A stretch of 52,188 nt of DNA, filler included, from Sphacelaria rigidula (Eukaryota), in the NCBI GenBank assembly GCA_964200075.2. It is 4 parts of 4 records of this genome, joined end to end, with 100 filler letters (N's around TTAATTAATTAA, not from the genome) between each part and the next. Parts side by side here need not be neighbours in the genome. Positions count along the whole stretch, not along the records: positions 13,074 to 26,045 come from CAXNAA020003257.1; 3 more parts are not named here. The stretch is one strand, 5' to 3'. Numbering within the stretch: position 1 is the stretch's first letter; each line of letters begins with the position of its first letter. Below the pieces are notes generated by a model. The model searched no databases. It saw only the letters and a program-made list of their open reading frames with translations, and was not told the DNA's origin. Shown here one piece after another: positions 13,074 through 26,145 of this stretch. The translations under genes and the position numbers were made by a program.

Positions 13074-13972
13074 CTCTTTTGGGGCGTAAAACGACGTGAA
13101 AGCTCCAAAAATACATTTTTCCGGGGTTTTATTTTTGTCTATTATAAGAAGCGGCCTTACACGAGTACAGTATTTTCTGCCAGTTTTCTGCTGGTATTTT
13201 TCATTCACCAATACGACGCTTGAATGCATGATTCCACGGCCCCTCGCAAAAGCTTTACCATGACTGTGAACCCCTTGCCCCTCGCTACTGTGTGTTGGAC
13301 CTTGCTGCCTTCTTCCTCTCACTACTACCTACCTTCCCTTCGTCCTGCAAGCGGGGCCAAGGTATCCGAAATACCAGTACAAGAGTACTCCACTACTGTA
13401 ACAGTTGTTGTACTGTCAGTATCAATGTACTATAAAGTATAATACCTGTACGCTGCAACAGCTCATCAATGATGTATCATGTGCCAACAACTCCATCGTT
13501 CATGTTGCCTTCACTTAGAACCGACAAGAGCAAGAGCTTGGAATGGTACAGGTAGGCAGAGATACGCCAGGAACAAGAAGCTATACGATTAGCAGAGCAC
13601 AGGACAACAACAGTGAACAAGGACAGGAATCGGCATGGCGGCAGACGACGTGCTGGGTTCATGCGGAGTATTTCACACAAACCTGCATGCGTTCTCGAGC
13701 GCCTTGCCAGTGCTTGCAATGGTCCCGTACAATATTTCCTTTGCTTTCTCGAATGATGTCATGGCTTGAGTGCTCTCACCACCCTCTCTTGCCACCGTTG
13801 TGGAGGTGGTCCAAGTCTTCGCGCTGAATGTAGTGCGCCGTGTCGACTCACTGATTGCGGGTTTGTGCAGCTAGGCTAATATACCGTTGAAAAAATAGGG
13901 ATAGACTCAGTCGCCAACTCCTGTCGTGCGAGTGTAGTTCAGGGCTTAGGTGCTTTACACAGGCTTGACAAT

Positions 13973-16900
13973 ATGGTACTGGTCTCGCGAGATCTACTAT
14001 GCCTCCCGCTTGCCCTGATATTAGTTGCGGTGACTCTGAACGTGAGAAAAACTAGTGCCTGGACGACATTTGCGAGTACTACTCTTAGTGCGCATGTTTC
14101 CGCCCCAGCGTGTCTTAGGAGTTGCTGGGGACATGAGGTTCCGTTAGCGGCAGCACGCCGCGACCGTGGCCGTGGCGGCGGCTCGATAGCCACCGGCCAT
14201 CTGACTCACTCAAGCATTATTCCCTGTCATTATCATGTGGATTCGTCTCTCAGGTGAGGTATGGTGTCCGTGAGAGGACGCAATTAGGGTTATGCGTCGA
14301 CCTGAAAACGGTCTTGGTTTGAAAATTGATGCTGTTACACAGTCGTGAGGTTGACTGTTTGATTTGATCAACTGATCATGATGCGGGTTTTCGGCAAAAT
14401 GTCCGTGCTCATGTTTCCCTACACCGCACACGGCTTCGAAGGTGGCGCCATGGTGTTGTAGTTTGGATCCCTAACGCGACACCCAAATACTTGCGGAAAA
14501 CCTGTCTCGTGCTTGAAGCCGCCTCTTATGACAAACAAGAGTAAAAATCTGGAAAGCTGTCTCAGATCTGGAAAACTGTCTTGTTGGAGCTTCTGCGTAG
14601 TTATACGAGTATTGTTGTTGTTGTGTTCACATTTAAAACCGTTCCGATATCTGCGCGGTACATTCGCACTGGGCATCTGACGCGGACGCCTTCCGTGGTC
14701 ACAGGCTAGCTAGCTATAATAAGGTATGAGGAAATCAAACAACGCCAAAAAAGCAAAATAGACCTACATTAAAACTCTCGAAACGCGGTGTAAGCAAAAC
14801 AGGAATAAATAATAAAGAAGAAAGATGTTACACCCTAAAAAAGAGAGCTGAATAGGCGAAATGTTGACACCTCGAAATGCCTTGCTGTACTCGTTGAGAC
14901 GCAATTTTTTTTATACTTGACCGGTCTCCGAGAAAAATTACCGGTCTCCGAGGAGAATGCAAGTTTGCCAAGAAAAAAACTGCGACTACCGGAAAAACGC
15001 ACTGGTAAGCTGGAACCGCCTCAACGAGTACAGTAAGGCATTCCAAATTCCAGGGTGTCAAAATCCGCCCTTGCTCTGCTTTCTCTTGGGGCTGTGGCGA
15101 AATCACGCCATCACGGTTAAGTATATAGTGGATCCTGGATGACGAGCAGGGGACAAGGGCATCTTGTGGATGATGACCCTTGCTGTGTAGCCCAGGCCAT
15201 ATGGTGCAGGGCTACAGGGGTTTCACTCCGAAAAAATGATAAGGTGTTGTAAAGACTGACAGCTGAGAACCTTGAGGCCAGAAGAGCTGGGGAGTCCCTC
15301 AACAGCATTTAGACGCTGCAGTACTAGCAAACCTGCCAGCGTCACAGGGCGTAAAACGACGCAAAACCTCCGAAAAGACATTTTTCCTTTCTTTCTTTTT
15401 TTGCCATAAGAAATGACCTGGCACATAATTTTATTTTATTTTATGTTATATACGCATACTCCATATTCAAATTTATGATCATAGGACCGTTTCTCGCGAT
15501 CCAGGGCGGGGTGTTTTCCACTTTTGAGATATTTGACACGGAGTGTCACTATCACATGTCTTGGGCACTTTGGGTCGCTCCAAGAGGAGTCTAGCCCACC
15601 TTTCCAATTCGCTTGGCTCCGAGGTTTCGAGAATGCCCTCTTAACAGAAACACGTCTGGACAAACAAATGCGGGGCCTGAAGGGATTTTCAATCAAAAAC
15701 CGTGTCAAATGTCCCGAAAGAGGAAAATAAACCACAACAAATGCCTACCGTAAGAAACGTTCCGAGGCAGGTTCTTATCGATAATCCGTCACTTTTCAAA
15801 AACTCTCGTGGAAGAAACGGTTAGTGATTGCTCGTGGCAATACCACCACCTCACGAACCCCGAAAAAAAAAAATGTGTCCCAAAACCATTTTTTGCAACA
15901 ATGATTTTGTGACACCTCAACATAGATGTCCTGTTGACAGAGGTACACGCGAAGGCTTGGCAGATAAACCAACACAATCAAGCGTGAACCTGAGGATCGC
16001 ATTGCACCCGCAAAGCAAAAACACACAGCTCCAGCGATAACTGCTCATTGCCTGAGTACATTGTGCATGACCTTGCCCAAAATCTGTTGAGAATTCAATG
16101 AGAGAAGATGATTTGCGTAGGATTTGCACACAGCACACGCACACAAACGGTCAACACCGGCACGTTTTGGTTGCAATTCGACACGCATGCCGCCACCTTT
16201 CCTCCAATTCTGGACGGACCATCAAACAGAGACTACGATACAGTGTGTGGATGAGCTAGAGCTAGCTCTAGAGGTAGTGCGGTTGAATGGTGGGTGTGCG
16301 TAGTTTTTCGGAGTTCGGTGTGAAGGTTTCATGTTACCTTGTTGCGTCTTGTCTGAGGCAGTACAGAGATGTTGGACGAACGACCACTTCCAGAACCGCC
16401 GCATTTATGAACCTGCGTGCTAATCCGGGCTTCGATCCGGACAAAACTGCTTCTCGACGAGACTCAAAACTGGTCCTGGTGAGGGCAATCAGTTTTTAAA
16501 GGTGATTTCTTCAAAACGATTCATCATCAACGAGAACACGCCCAACCAACGAGGGTTGATGTTTGATTCGATCAACGAATGATGATCGTTGGATTTCTTT
16601 TGCAACAGTTTGTGCGTTTCGTGCCGCAAACACCTCTTTTATTCTCTTTAACAATTAAACAATCATGATTGATGTGTAATCAGCATTTTGGACCCGGTCG
16701 ATGTAACTGTTAATTGGACAATTATTTCAATATTCAATCAAAATGCTGATGTGATTTACCGTTGATGCACAACCCTAGACGCATGTAAATATTTGCTACA
16801 GTAATTCATTTTCAGAACCACCAGCGAGCGTTTTTGTATTGCGCAAAAGCTATCACATCACTCCTGAAGGCTCGCCTTCACTTGCTGCTTCAATGCAAAT

Positions 16901-19900
16901 GTACTGGCCTGTACGCCACAGCACGGCCTGAATACGAATGCGACAGTACGGTACTGTATTGTATCCCGCTGCACTGTTATCAGCATAACAGGATATACGG
17001 ATGAGGCAACTTGCACGTAGCCAGTACCACATGCACGTTACCGTACCCTGCTGGACTTACGTCCAACGCCGTAACTACTTCAACAGTGGCGCATCTCATG
17101 ACAAAAACTGGATCCGTACAAACTGTGCGTGTTTGTACTTCAGGATGATGGCTGGGGATGGTGATACGAAGGATCGCGCTCCGCTAGGCACAGAATTAGG
17201 CAAGAATATGGGCAGCTACTACAGGCGGCCGTCTGCCGCAATCGAGAGAGGAGGCGGTTTCTTCGTCCCAGGTCTCCAGGGATCCAGGTATCGTATACAC
17301 AGGTGGCACAACAGATGCTGTGTTTGTGCAGCGATTGTAGATACGTTGCTGCTGCTGGAAAGTGATTTGCGGTGCCTGCGGTAGTGGCAGTACCGCGCCG
17401 ATTGGAGCTTAGCTCCGCTGAGGGTAAACGATCCCGAAAAAGACCGAATTCGCGCACGTAGAGTCCCGAAGTAGTGAGGTCGTAGCAGAGGAGCCGCAAT
17501 CTACTCCCGCGGCCTTTTGTTTTTCTACGATTGGGTATGAGAGTGGTGTCTGCGCAAGACCTTTTCCACCGATATCATGTGGCAGAGGTCGGCCATTACT
17601 AGGATTTTTTTTGTCTTATTTATTATATTTTATTTTATTTCCTTGGTCTACTCTGTTTGTCTATTCTCCATGTTTTTGTTCTTCTCTTGTTTTTCTTCTG
17701 CGAGTGTTCCAAGTGTTGTTTTTCTTCTCGGGCATGTCCGTCTATCGTGCGACCACGGCTGGATCCCTGGGGGGTCAGTGAAAGTGTGACAATCAATCAA
17801 TCAAATCGATCAGAGTTGCAAGCCAACACGCCCGGGATGCGCGTTGTAGCGCAAAAACGCGCAAGCTACTTTCACCGCAAAAAAAAAAGTATCGAGCTGC
17901 ACGCTTGACCATGGGCGTCATAGCACAAATGTCGACGGCTTATACGTGACAAGTATAAATGGCATCCATTGTTTTGTAGAGATCAGCTGTTGTCCTCCCC
18001 CTTTTCACACGCAGTTTGCCTCCGGACAAAACGCAGGCTTCGTCTTGTGTTCGGTGGGGTAATGCTGGGGCTATTGAGTCTTGACGGCTTACCTCGACCG
18101 GGGATGCCCAAGTCCCAGCTCGTGAGCATAACTATGGCTGCAGTCGCGGGATTGGCGCTAGTAGCGCAGGGACTTTTGGACCAAAGGAAGGAACAAGTGG
18201 TTCAGGTATATTCTTGTACCGTTGCCATTCGAGGTTCGTTTCATATGATTATTCTTGGGGCTGTGCTGTTTTATGTTGCGCGTTTTTTTTATGTCACAGC
18301 ACAAATTCCGCATCTAGCTGAAACATCATCTTGCCCGCAGGTCTTGGTGATATGTTCTTATCAATACTTTTCTGTTCATTGCTTTCAGTTCCAATTGACG
18401 GTGCGGGGTCTCCAAGTAATTCTGAGATCGCCGGGGTGGGTCATCTGTTGAATCAGCATTTTTCTTCACCCGAACAATGAAGGTAAGAACGACATGAACC
18501 ATGCTGGAGGTCACAAGGTCGAATATGACTTGGTGCTTACCTTGTATTTTCACGCGACGGGTGCAGCACCGCTACTCACTCGTCATCTTCATTGAAGTTG
18601 TTGGTGATGTAATCTTTCTAGCACTCTGCCTCCCTTTTTACAAGCATTTCTGCAGCGTATTACCGTAACTTGTTTTCAAGTCCGAGAAAGGCTGTTGAGG
18701 TTCAAGGGTTCGAACTCTCAACCCGAGTAACGGACGGATATCGAAGTCAGCTCAAGGGCTACTGGGCGTATCGCTTCCCTATAGTCGGGTGATATCTGCC
18801 GAAGGAAACATGAGCCTCCTCAGTCGAGGGCCGTTCGTCGCGCGGTGATCGAAAAAACAAGATAATAGCCAACCCCAGGAGTTGAATGTCGCCCCTGATT
18901 TGTTTTAGAGGCGCAGTCAACTTGAGTCGGTGAGTCACCAGACAGATCCGTCGCCTCTTTTGTCGCCGATCGTATGGAAATGGATGCATGTTTTAGATGA
19001 GGATCGACGCAATTGCCGCGTCATCTGGCGTCGCTGGTGGCGAGGGGGCGATAGACGCGGAAGGAGCTGCGGAGAAGGAGGTGACGTATTCTTTGTACCA
19101 GGAGGGGCGTCGTGCACGCTCCCGGTGACACCTGACTCACATTAGAATGCTTCTCTCTTGCAGCCTTCATTCTAACGATGTTTTCGTGAGATTGAGAGTC
19201 AAGGGTACGATTGGGAGTGAGAAGCGGTCAATTGACTAATTAAATGGTTTCAGTTCCGGAGTACCCCTCCGGGCCTCATGCGAGGTCTGGTACACTTTCT
19301 GCAATAGCTTGCCATTGAAAAGCCCTTGATATCCCCTAGGAGGGTATCGACGTGTAGCTGTAAGCACACGACAGTGTTTCAGGCAAAGTAAAGCACGCAC
19401 GACATGAAAAATTGGTCAAGCTAGAGCGAACGGTAAAACTCGCTCTCAATCAACGCCATCTCACGAAAACATTGTTATTCCTTGTTGTCGCGCGTCTTTG
19501 AACCCGACGCATGTGGACACATGACGTAGTTTGCGCGAATATACAGCACCCGTGGAATATCGTGGTTTGTTCGAAGGCGCAGCCAATGGCGACTGAGATT
19601 AATGAACCAGCGACCAAGAAGGCTCATGTGACTTGATGTGCACCGCGCTTGTTCCCCAGAGATGTATCTCAGTCGCAGCGTTTGTCCAGTCCCGTCCCAT
19701 GACATGCCCGAGCACGCCAACTACAAACCCCCCGCTTTTTGATGTGCCTTTGCTGTGTTGTTGGCATGGTAATTGTGGCGGTAGGCGTGTTTGACCTTAG
19801 AACACATGTGCCGCCTTTTCTCGATCCCGCCTAGGTCTCGCTCTTTGACACGGCAGCTTTGGGCAATGAACTGGATGGCCGAATGAGGTGGGCTGCGGAT

Positions 19901-20722
19901 ATCCTACTGCAGCTTACACCCGCTTGCACATTTGTAGCATTTTCGAAAGACAAGGTGCTGGCCAGGTGAGAGATGTGAATGCGGGCGTGCGTACCTGCAG
20001 CGTATGACACATCCTGGGGGTGAGACGTACTGGGGGCGGGGAGCGAGGGGAGCAGACCTCGAAGATGAGGGGCAGAAGTGTAATCCGGCATCGCAGCCAT
20101 CTCAATCCGCATGCGCTACCTGGATTGACAATATGTGAGGAAGGATCTTGTGACGCCATCTTTACTCGGTGCGAAAGCATCCGAGTTGTTGTGCCTTCCC
20201 TCCTGCCCAATCCCGAGAGGGGAACAGTCGCGGACGCACAGCTTCAATTCAAAACAATGTTCTCGACATCTCCCGTCCTTGTACAGGGTTGGTGTTTCTG
20301 GCGGCGAGTCCGACGACCCCTCGTTGCTTGCGATGGCCTCGGCTAGAGCGGCGAGCATCGCGCCCGGCGGCAGCAGTAAAAATAGCAATCAGGAGGGCAA
20401 TGGTGATGCCCCCCCTCCCCTCACGGTTACCGTAGCAAGAGGCGAAAACGGCAGTGGCAACAAGGATGTCACCGACGATGATAACGACAGCATTATGAGT
20501 CTTCTGCCGGACGTTTGCCGACAGGGTATCCTCTGTAGCGTTGAGGGGGTGGGAGGCAAACGTGGAAGAAGTGACACCGGAGTGGTGAGCACCGTGCTTC
20601 TGGGGTCGAGTTTGGCGGGCACCGGCGTGTTTTCGGCTCGGGATACCGCGTGGTATCAGAGGGTGTGTGTGTACCTTGCTCTTAGTAAAGACGACGGTTG
20701 GGGTGATGACAGCGAGCGGTAG
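13973..20722 (+). CDS. Plastid cofactor assembly of complex C subunit B (CCB2/CCB4 family) protein; exons 13973-14253, 17144-17287, 18037-18205, 18997-19080, 19835-19965, 20287-20722 (414 aa)
   Basis: All six exons join in phase (1245 nt). N-terminal signal peptide ending TSA-W plus transit-like region; YYRRPSAAIERGGGFFVPGLQGSRLRLVFG; two hydrophobic helices; RMRWAADILLQLT; C-terminal VLLGS...FSARDTAW, consistent with the CCB2/CCB4 family. CCB2 versus CCB4 not resolved. Confidence 0.75.
14855..15069. mobile_element. Short inverted-repeat element (MITE-like) in intron 1 of the CCB gene
   Basis: TTGACACC...AATGCCTTGCTGTACTCGTTGAG pairs with CTCAACGAGTACAGTAAGGCATT...GGTGTCAA. Confidence 0.6.
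17445..17808 (+). mobile_element. 3'-UTR fragment of RTE-type LINE (or related SINE) ending in (CAAT)n
   Basis: Homologous to the reverse complement of 41983-42300 (GACCACGGCTGGATCCCTGGGGGGTCAGT-AAAGTG...CAATCAATCAATC). Confidence 0.7.
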
Positions 20723-22084
20723 CGACATCTCGATTGGGATGATCGGGCGTGAAGGCGAAAACATAAAAAATGTTTGTCAGTACAGCTGCAACTGAACAGG
20801 AAATATAGGTGTGGTTACCAGACGTTCTTGAGTTGTGCGGTTCATGTGGGTAGCTTCGGGCTTCGGGTTGCCGGTCGCCTAGATACATGGAACCCCCGAA
20901 AACATCACGTGCCCCCATTGACAATGTGAACGTACGAGAGGTCTCAAGCGCCGAGTTACAGTGCAGTGAAAGAAACCAGTCTCCACTCCAGGGACTTTGG
21001 GGACGCAAACTTCAAGCCGGGGATAGTTACTGCCGCGATGAGCGGGCCCTGCCAAACTGACACCGAGAGACTAGCAGTTAGTGTCGCCAAATCTGTGATG
21101 GTGATACACGTTCGACAGGAGCAGGAGAAAAGAGTACATCCCGTGACCATGTCGCACGGCATGGTTGAAAGCAGCTATTCTTCAGTTGATTGCTCGAGAA
21201 TAATAGCTCCTACATACTTCTAGTTCTACACGTCTACCTTTTACGGTCCATCATTGGTGCTTTTGTGGAACAAAATACAGCCTTACATAAAAAAAAATCC
21301 CAGGCAACGATAAGCAGCACACTTGCTTCATCATGTGCTGTTTACTCGGACACCCGCCATCTGCCTTGATCCCCCCCCCCACCCCCCATCCAAAAAACGA
21401 ATCAACCGTTTCATCTAAGAATGAAAAGAGTACAAATATCGACACGTGAAGAAAGACACAAGACAAGAGGCAAAACGCGAGGTGTGACGCGGGAAAAGCA
21501 TCCATCCTCCCTCATAGCTCTTGGGCGGTAGATAACCTCACCCGAAAGGACAACCGACGAGACGAGCGGAGAGACCGTCTGATTCATCCGGTTCAAGAGA
21601 AAATCCGCTAGATTTCTCGTCGCCCTACTCCCGTACTCACTCGCACCCACGAGCGATACAAGATGGCAAACACCACAAAAGAAGCTCCAAAAGGGTCGAA
21701 CGGAGCCGTGCTGCAGACACGTTTTTTCTAGAAAATGGGAGCTTCCAGTGCTCAAGACATACAGCGATGACGTGATTACCCCGCCCCCCGCCTCCTTCAA
21801 GCGAACTTTTCTCGGACGCACTCTGTGCGAGTCCCTACTTGTCGCCAAATTACTTATCAGCTGATGCACTCTAAATGGAGCCCTGCCGCCTCCCCGTTCG
21901 CACACATGCTCAGATTGGGAGTCAATATACCTCGCATGCGATCAGACTTGAGCGGTGGGGAAAAAATACCATTACAGTCTACTTGACCCACCATCCCATG
22001 CGGCGGACACGAGAACTTGAGAGAGCAAGACCGTGTGTGTATTGTCGACAGTGGAGCGAGATAGGGTCCTTGGTTGCTCGCTTT

Positions 22085-25000
22085 TTAGAGCAGAGAAAGG
22101 ATGAGGGGTTTATTTTTCGCCCATGATTCCTCACTGATGGCGGTGGACAGTGTGTCGACCTGCGATTGCCTGCGAAATTCGGACGGGAAAAATATGATTG
22201 AGTAGCACGGCGGAGACAAACGAACAAGAAAAATATAAAAAAAAAATTGCTCCACTTCAGAATGGGGTTCAACGTCCATCGAGGAGCTATGAGGCACCGC
22301 AACGTCCCGTTTGAAGAATACGAGATGGAATATATTAGTCATTCGGCTAGAAGCGATGGCGTTGTTCCATTGCAAGATCATGAAAGAGTTCATTAACGTG
22401 GCACGGTCACGAATTCTTCACGAATCCAGCTTCGGGCCTAATATCCAGGTGGGCCCATGGAATCAATCGCTGAAGGAAAAGCGACAAGACGAAAGAGAGA
22501 GAGAGACAGGGGTAATAAACTGGAGGACGATAAAAAAGGGACAGAGGATAGGAAAAGTGAGAAAGAGAACAAGAAAACGCCAACCTACGATCTAGTACCG
22601 TCTCCGACACAAACACAAAATACGGCGGGCACGTGCCGCATAGCTTCAGGAAAAAGAAGGCGTAATGCTCAAGTATTTCATGAGATAACATGAGCCAAGA
22701 CTAGAAAGCATCACTATGCCAGCAGAAAGTCGACAAGGATAATCCCACGAGATGGGCCATAACCACCGCACTATCAACCCACACTGGTCAACATCGTACA
22801 CTCTGCTCCAACAGTCATCCGTGGAAGTGTCACCTGCAAGGGTCGGTGGTAACCACAAAGTCTACGTTGGAGGCGTCCTCGATGGGGTTTTGGTGGATAG
22901 CGTGGATGGATACACCGTTATCTGCCGCAAGCTCGCCCACCCGCTTGATGATCCCGAGGTCATCCCTGCAGATTGATTGATTGACAGGTTGATCGGTTTT
23001 CGCACTTTAACTCATCACCCAGGTATTCATGATCCAGCCGTGGTCTTTGTCCATATGATAGACGTGACCGACATGAGACAAAATGGAAACACTTGCTGGA
23101 GAAAATATTAAAAAAAGTAAAAAAAGTGAACCAAAAAATACGATTCGATTCCAGGCGGTGGAGGAAGCCATGACAAAAATCAACTCAACAATCCCCGGCT
23201 TGATTTTCTTCGATCAGCCACCACATCCCGAAGTAATGACAAGCAGCTTACCCAGCAGATCGACGATCCGACGTTTGTATGATACCCTCGGCTCGTGTCA
23301 CGCACGCTCAGTGAACAACCCGCCAAGCATTTGATTTGGCAACGCCCCCGAGCAACGAAATATTGTGGTGAAGACTTCTTCACATGTCCATTTCACCCCC
23401 AAAACAGGAGCGTCTGTGTGTATGCGCGTGTCTCCCGTGTTCACGGGCACTAGGGCACAACTATGCGACGCGCTGCGAGTGACACTATTCAGGTATTTAA
23501 CTCAGCCAACCCAGTCAAGAGCGATTTGATGCGCTGTTTGTACACTCACACGCATGTAATGCGCAAGTAGAATCCTGCCGTGTAATCCGTCTCCAGTTCC
23601 CATTCCTTGAGACGCCAGAGGCAACAGCCAGTGCATAGAGACAACGTAAAACAGGAGGGGAGGAGGGGGTGGGGGTGGAGGATCACCGCATCAAAACCCT
23701 GATGAACAGGTCACATGGGGTCAGCATACGGAGCTTCTATGCCAGCAGCAATCTGATTTGGAGGCCGGGTTCGAGCTGCGCAGTAGATGACCAGCTCCGA
23801 AGGTCCGGTACGCGGTGCTCAATAAGTACCCTTCCAACTTGACAGTTCACGTACAGTGGTGCCCGGGCATAGCCGAGGTGTAGTATGACTCGTTAGGGCA
23901 GAGGTGCTGTACAGCAGCGCGTCTTCATTTTCCGAGGCACACATTACCTTGTCGTACGGGAAAGGGCTGCCAACTGTCCCCGTGCCGAGGCGTACGAGAT
24001 CGTTAACGACGGAGTTGGCGGTGGGGTACCGCCCCGCTCCAGGGCCCGAGAAGGAAGCGGTGCCCATGTTCTGCAAAAAAGGGAAAAAAGAAAAACAGGA
24101 CGCAATGAATGAGGCCAACGATACCACACTCTTGACAACGGACACAATAATACTTCGCTGGTTCAAAAGCAGACGTGGCGGAAACCCATCGATATATGTT
24201 GTCCAACACAACGGATGGTGAAAAACATCTATCGATATGTTTTGCGAGCGACAACACACGTTACAAGCTTCGATCAATGGTCTATTGCAATTACAACATA
24301 TCAAGGTCGCTGGTCATCGATGGGCAGCGTATACCGCAATAGATTCTGGGAACTATCTATCGTCATTGCCGCCATCAATAGATTTGGAAAGGTATCTACC
24401 GATATATTTCGATCGGCGGCAATAACTGTCGGAATAGAGCCGAAATAGACTGCTGCCCGGCCAAGAGTGTGGGAAAGGGATCTATCGATAGATTTTGCCG
24501 ACGACAATGGACCGGGAAACTTGCCGATCGATAGCCATTACCGACGGCAACATCGGCGTCGAATGCGGTAGACTTTATTGCTATTGCCGTCGACGCCATC
24601 TACTGTAAAGGACGTGAAAATACCCTGAGGACGGTACATGGTTGCGACTGAGCTGCCATGCGTCAAATACAAAAAAAAGACGCGGTTTTGTTCAGATCAG
24701 TGGGCTCACCACATCATTGGCATGAAACAGCAAACGATCTAGCGAAACCATGTACAACAGCTGTTGCAACCAATATCTCTTCTTTCCGCGAACAACAAAC
24801 TACAAGAATGACACGACATAGTGCGCTCCGACTCTAAAACAAAACGATGATCACCTGTCTAGCGGTTCATATTCATTGTAAATATATACATATATTTGTA
24901 TAATTATTGTTTTACTTTTGTATCATATTACGCAGCACCTTGGAGTCTACAGAGACGATGTTCCCCGGTCCCCTGGCGGAGGCGATGGGGTGCTGCAGGG

Positions 25001-25908
25001 GCACCATGACAGGGGACACGAACACGGATAGTCTGTTTCCGTCCGGCGACAGCATCGCCGTCCCCAGCAACTTGATGGTAGAACGCATCATCTTAGCGTA
25101 CTCGAAGTCCACCTTCGTTAAGCTGGAGATGCCCTGGCATGGCACCTTGCAATACAAAAAACAAAGCAGAGGGACGAAAGTATGGGCACAAGGTTGAGGT
25201 TGTTGAATGACGCTGAAGGGTGCACTGAGCGTGAACCTACTTTTTACCCCCCTCTCCCTAAAGGTGTGTAATTTGCTGTGTTCTATTCCTGTAGATACTC
25301 CTCGTGCGAACTGATGTCTATTGTTCGAACAAGTAAACTCTGTTGTGTGGTTGTTTGAAAAGTTAGCTTGTAGGCAGCGGATCGCATTTAACGGCCCTGC
25401 ACGACGCTGCCTCACTTGAAGGCGTGCTAAAAAAGCACAGTGCGTGGTCACGATCTGCCTAAAAAATTCACGTGAAAGAGTGAGATTTTTTTCCAGTGGC
25501 GCCCTGTCCTCCTCCGTTTAGTTTCCAGGGAAGGGCATAAAATGAGTTATCGAGAGACCTTGAACATTCACGGGATGCATCACGCTAGATGCAAGAGCAA
25601 ACTGGTATATGACGACACTGGCTCTGGCTGAGTAAGGATTGTGCGTTTCTCGCTGGTGAATTTTTGTCAAGCTCTGCCCTCATCTCTGCCTTGGAGATGC
25701 CACGTGGAACAACCAGCTGTAACGTGGCGGCACCCGAGCTTACAACTATCAACTACCAGCACGCATTCAAAATCCGACTTTTTACTGGGTGTGCGTGTGT
25801 TCCCCACCCTCACCGAGCTAGAAGAGACAGTAGCGCCGAACGCCAGCTTTGTTAGAAGCGCGATCTTAGCTTGCACGTCGAAGCCCTCCACATCGGCGGT
25901 TGGGTCGG
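22085..25908 (-). CDS. hom: Homoserine dehydrogenase with C-terminal ACT domain, 3' exons 25814-25908, 24939-25145, 23948-24070, 23550-23605, 22834-22965, 22085-22169 (5' end beyond contig)
   Basis: In-phase exons give ADPTADVEGFDVQAKIALLTKLAFG; GISSLTKVDFEYAK...IKLLG; VSPVMVPLQHPIASARGPGNIV; GPGAGRYPTANSVVNDL; FYLRITCVDDLGIIKRVGELAADNGVSIHAIHQ (ACT); ...PLILSLL*. These are canonical HSDH motifs. Confidence 0.93.
22971..23097 (-). mobile_element. LINE/SINE 3'-end fragment with (CAAT)n tail inside a hom intron
   Basis: Reverse complement reads GACCACGGCTGGATC...GTTAAAGTGCGA...CAATCAATCAATC, as in the 17445-17808 and 41983-42300 copies. Confidence 0.7.
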
Positions 25909-26045
25909 CTGAAAAATAACGCAAGGCAGCGAGTTTCGCGTGAAGGGATTAAAAAATATCAAGTAGGGGGGGGGGGGGGGGGGACCGATTGTTTGTTTGC
26001 ATGAGTGTTTTGAGCGTGTGCAAAGAGCGGAGAGGCGTGGTGGAG

Positions 26046-26145
26046 NNNNNNNNNNNNNNNNNNNNNNNNNNNNNNNNNNNNNNNNNNNNTTAATTAATTA
26101 ANNNNNNNNNNNNNNNNNNNNNNNNNNNNNNNNNNNNNNNNNNNN
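26046..26145. other. Artificial contig linker N44-TTAATTAATTAA-N44
   Basis: Same 100-nt linker. Confidence 0.97.

Noticed and set aside
13477-13719. Minus-strand ORF divergent from the CCB gene
   Set aside because: No in-phase downstream exons or homology could be established by eye.
24170-24600. ATCGAT-rich intronic tract
   Set aside because: Probably a decayed repeat, but termini and a repeat unit could not be defined.
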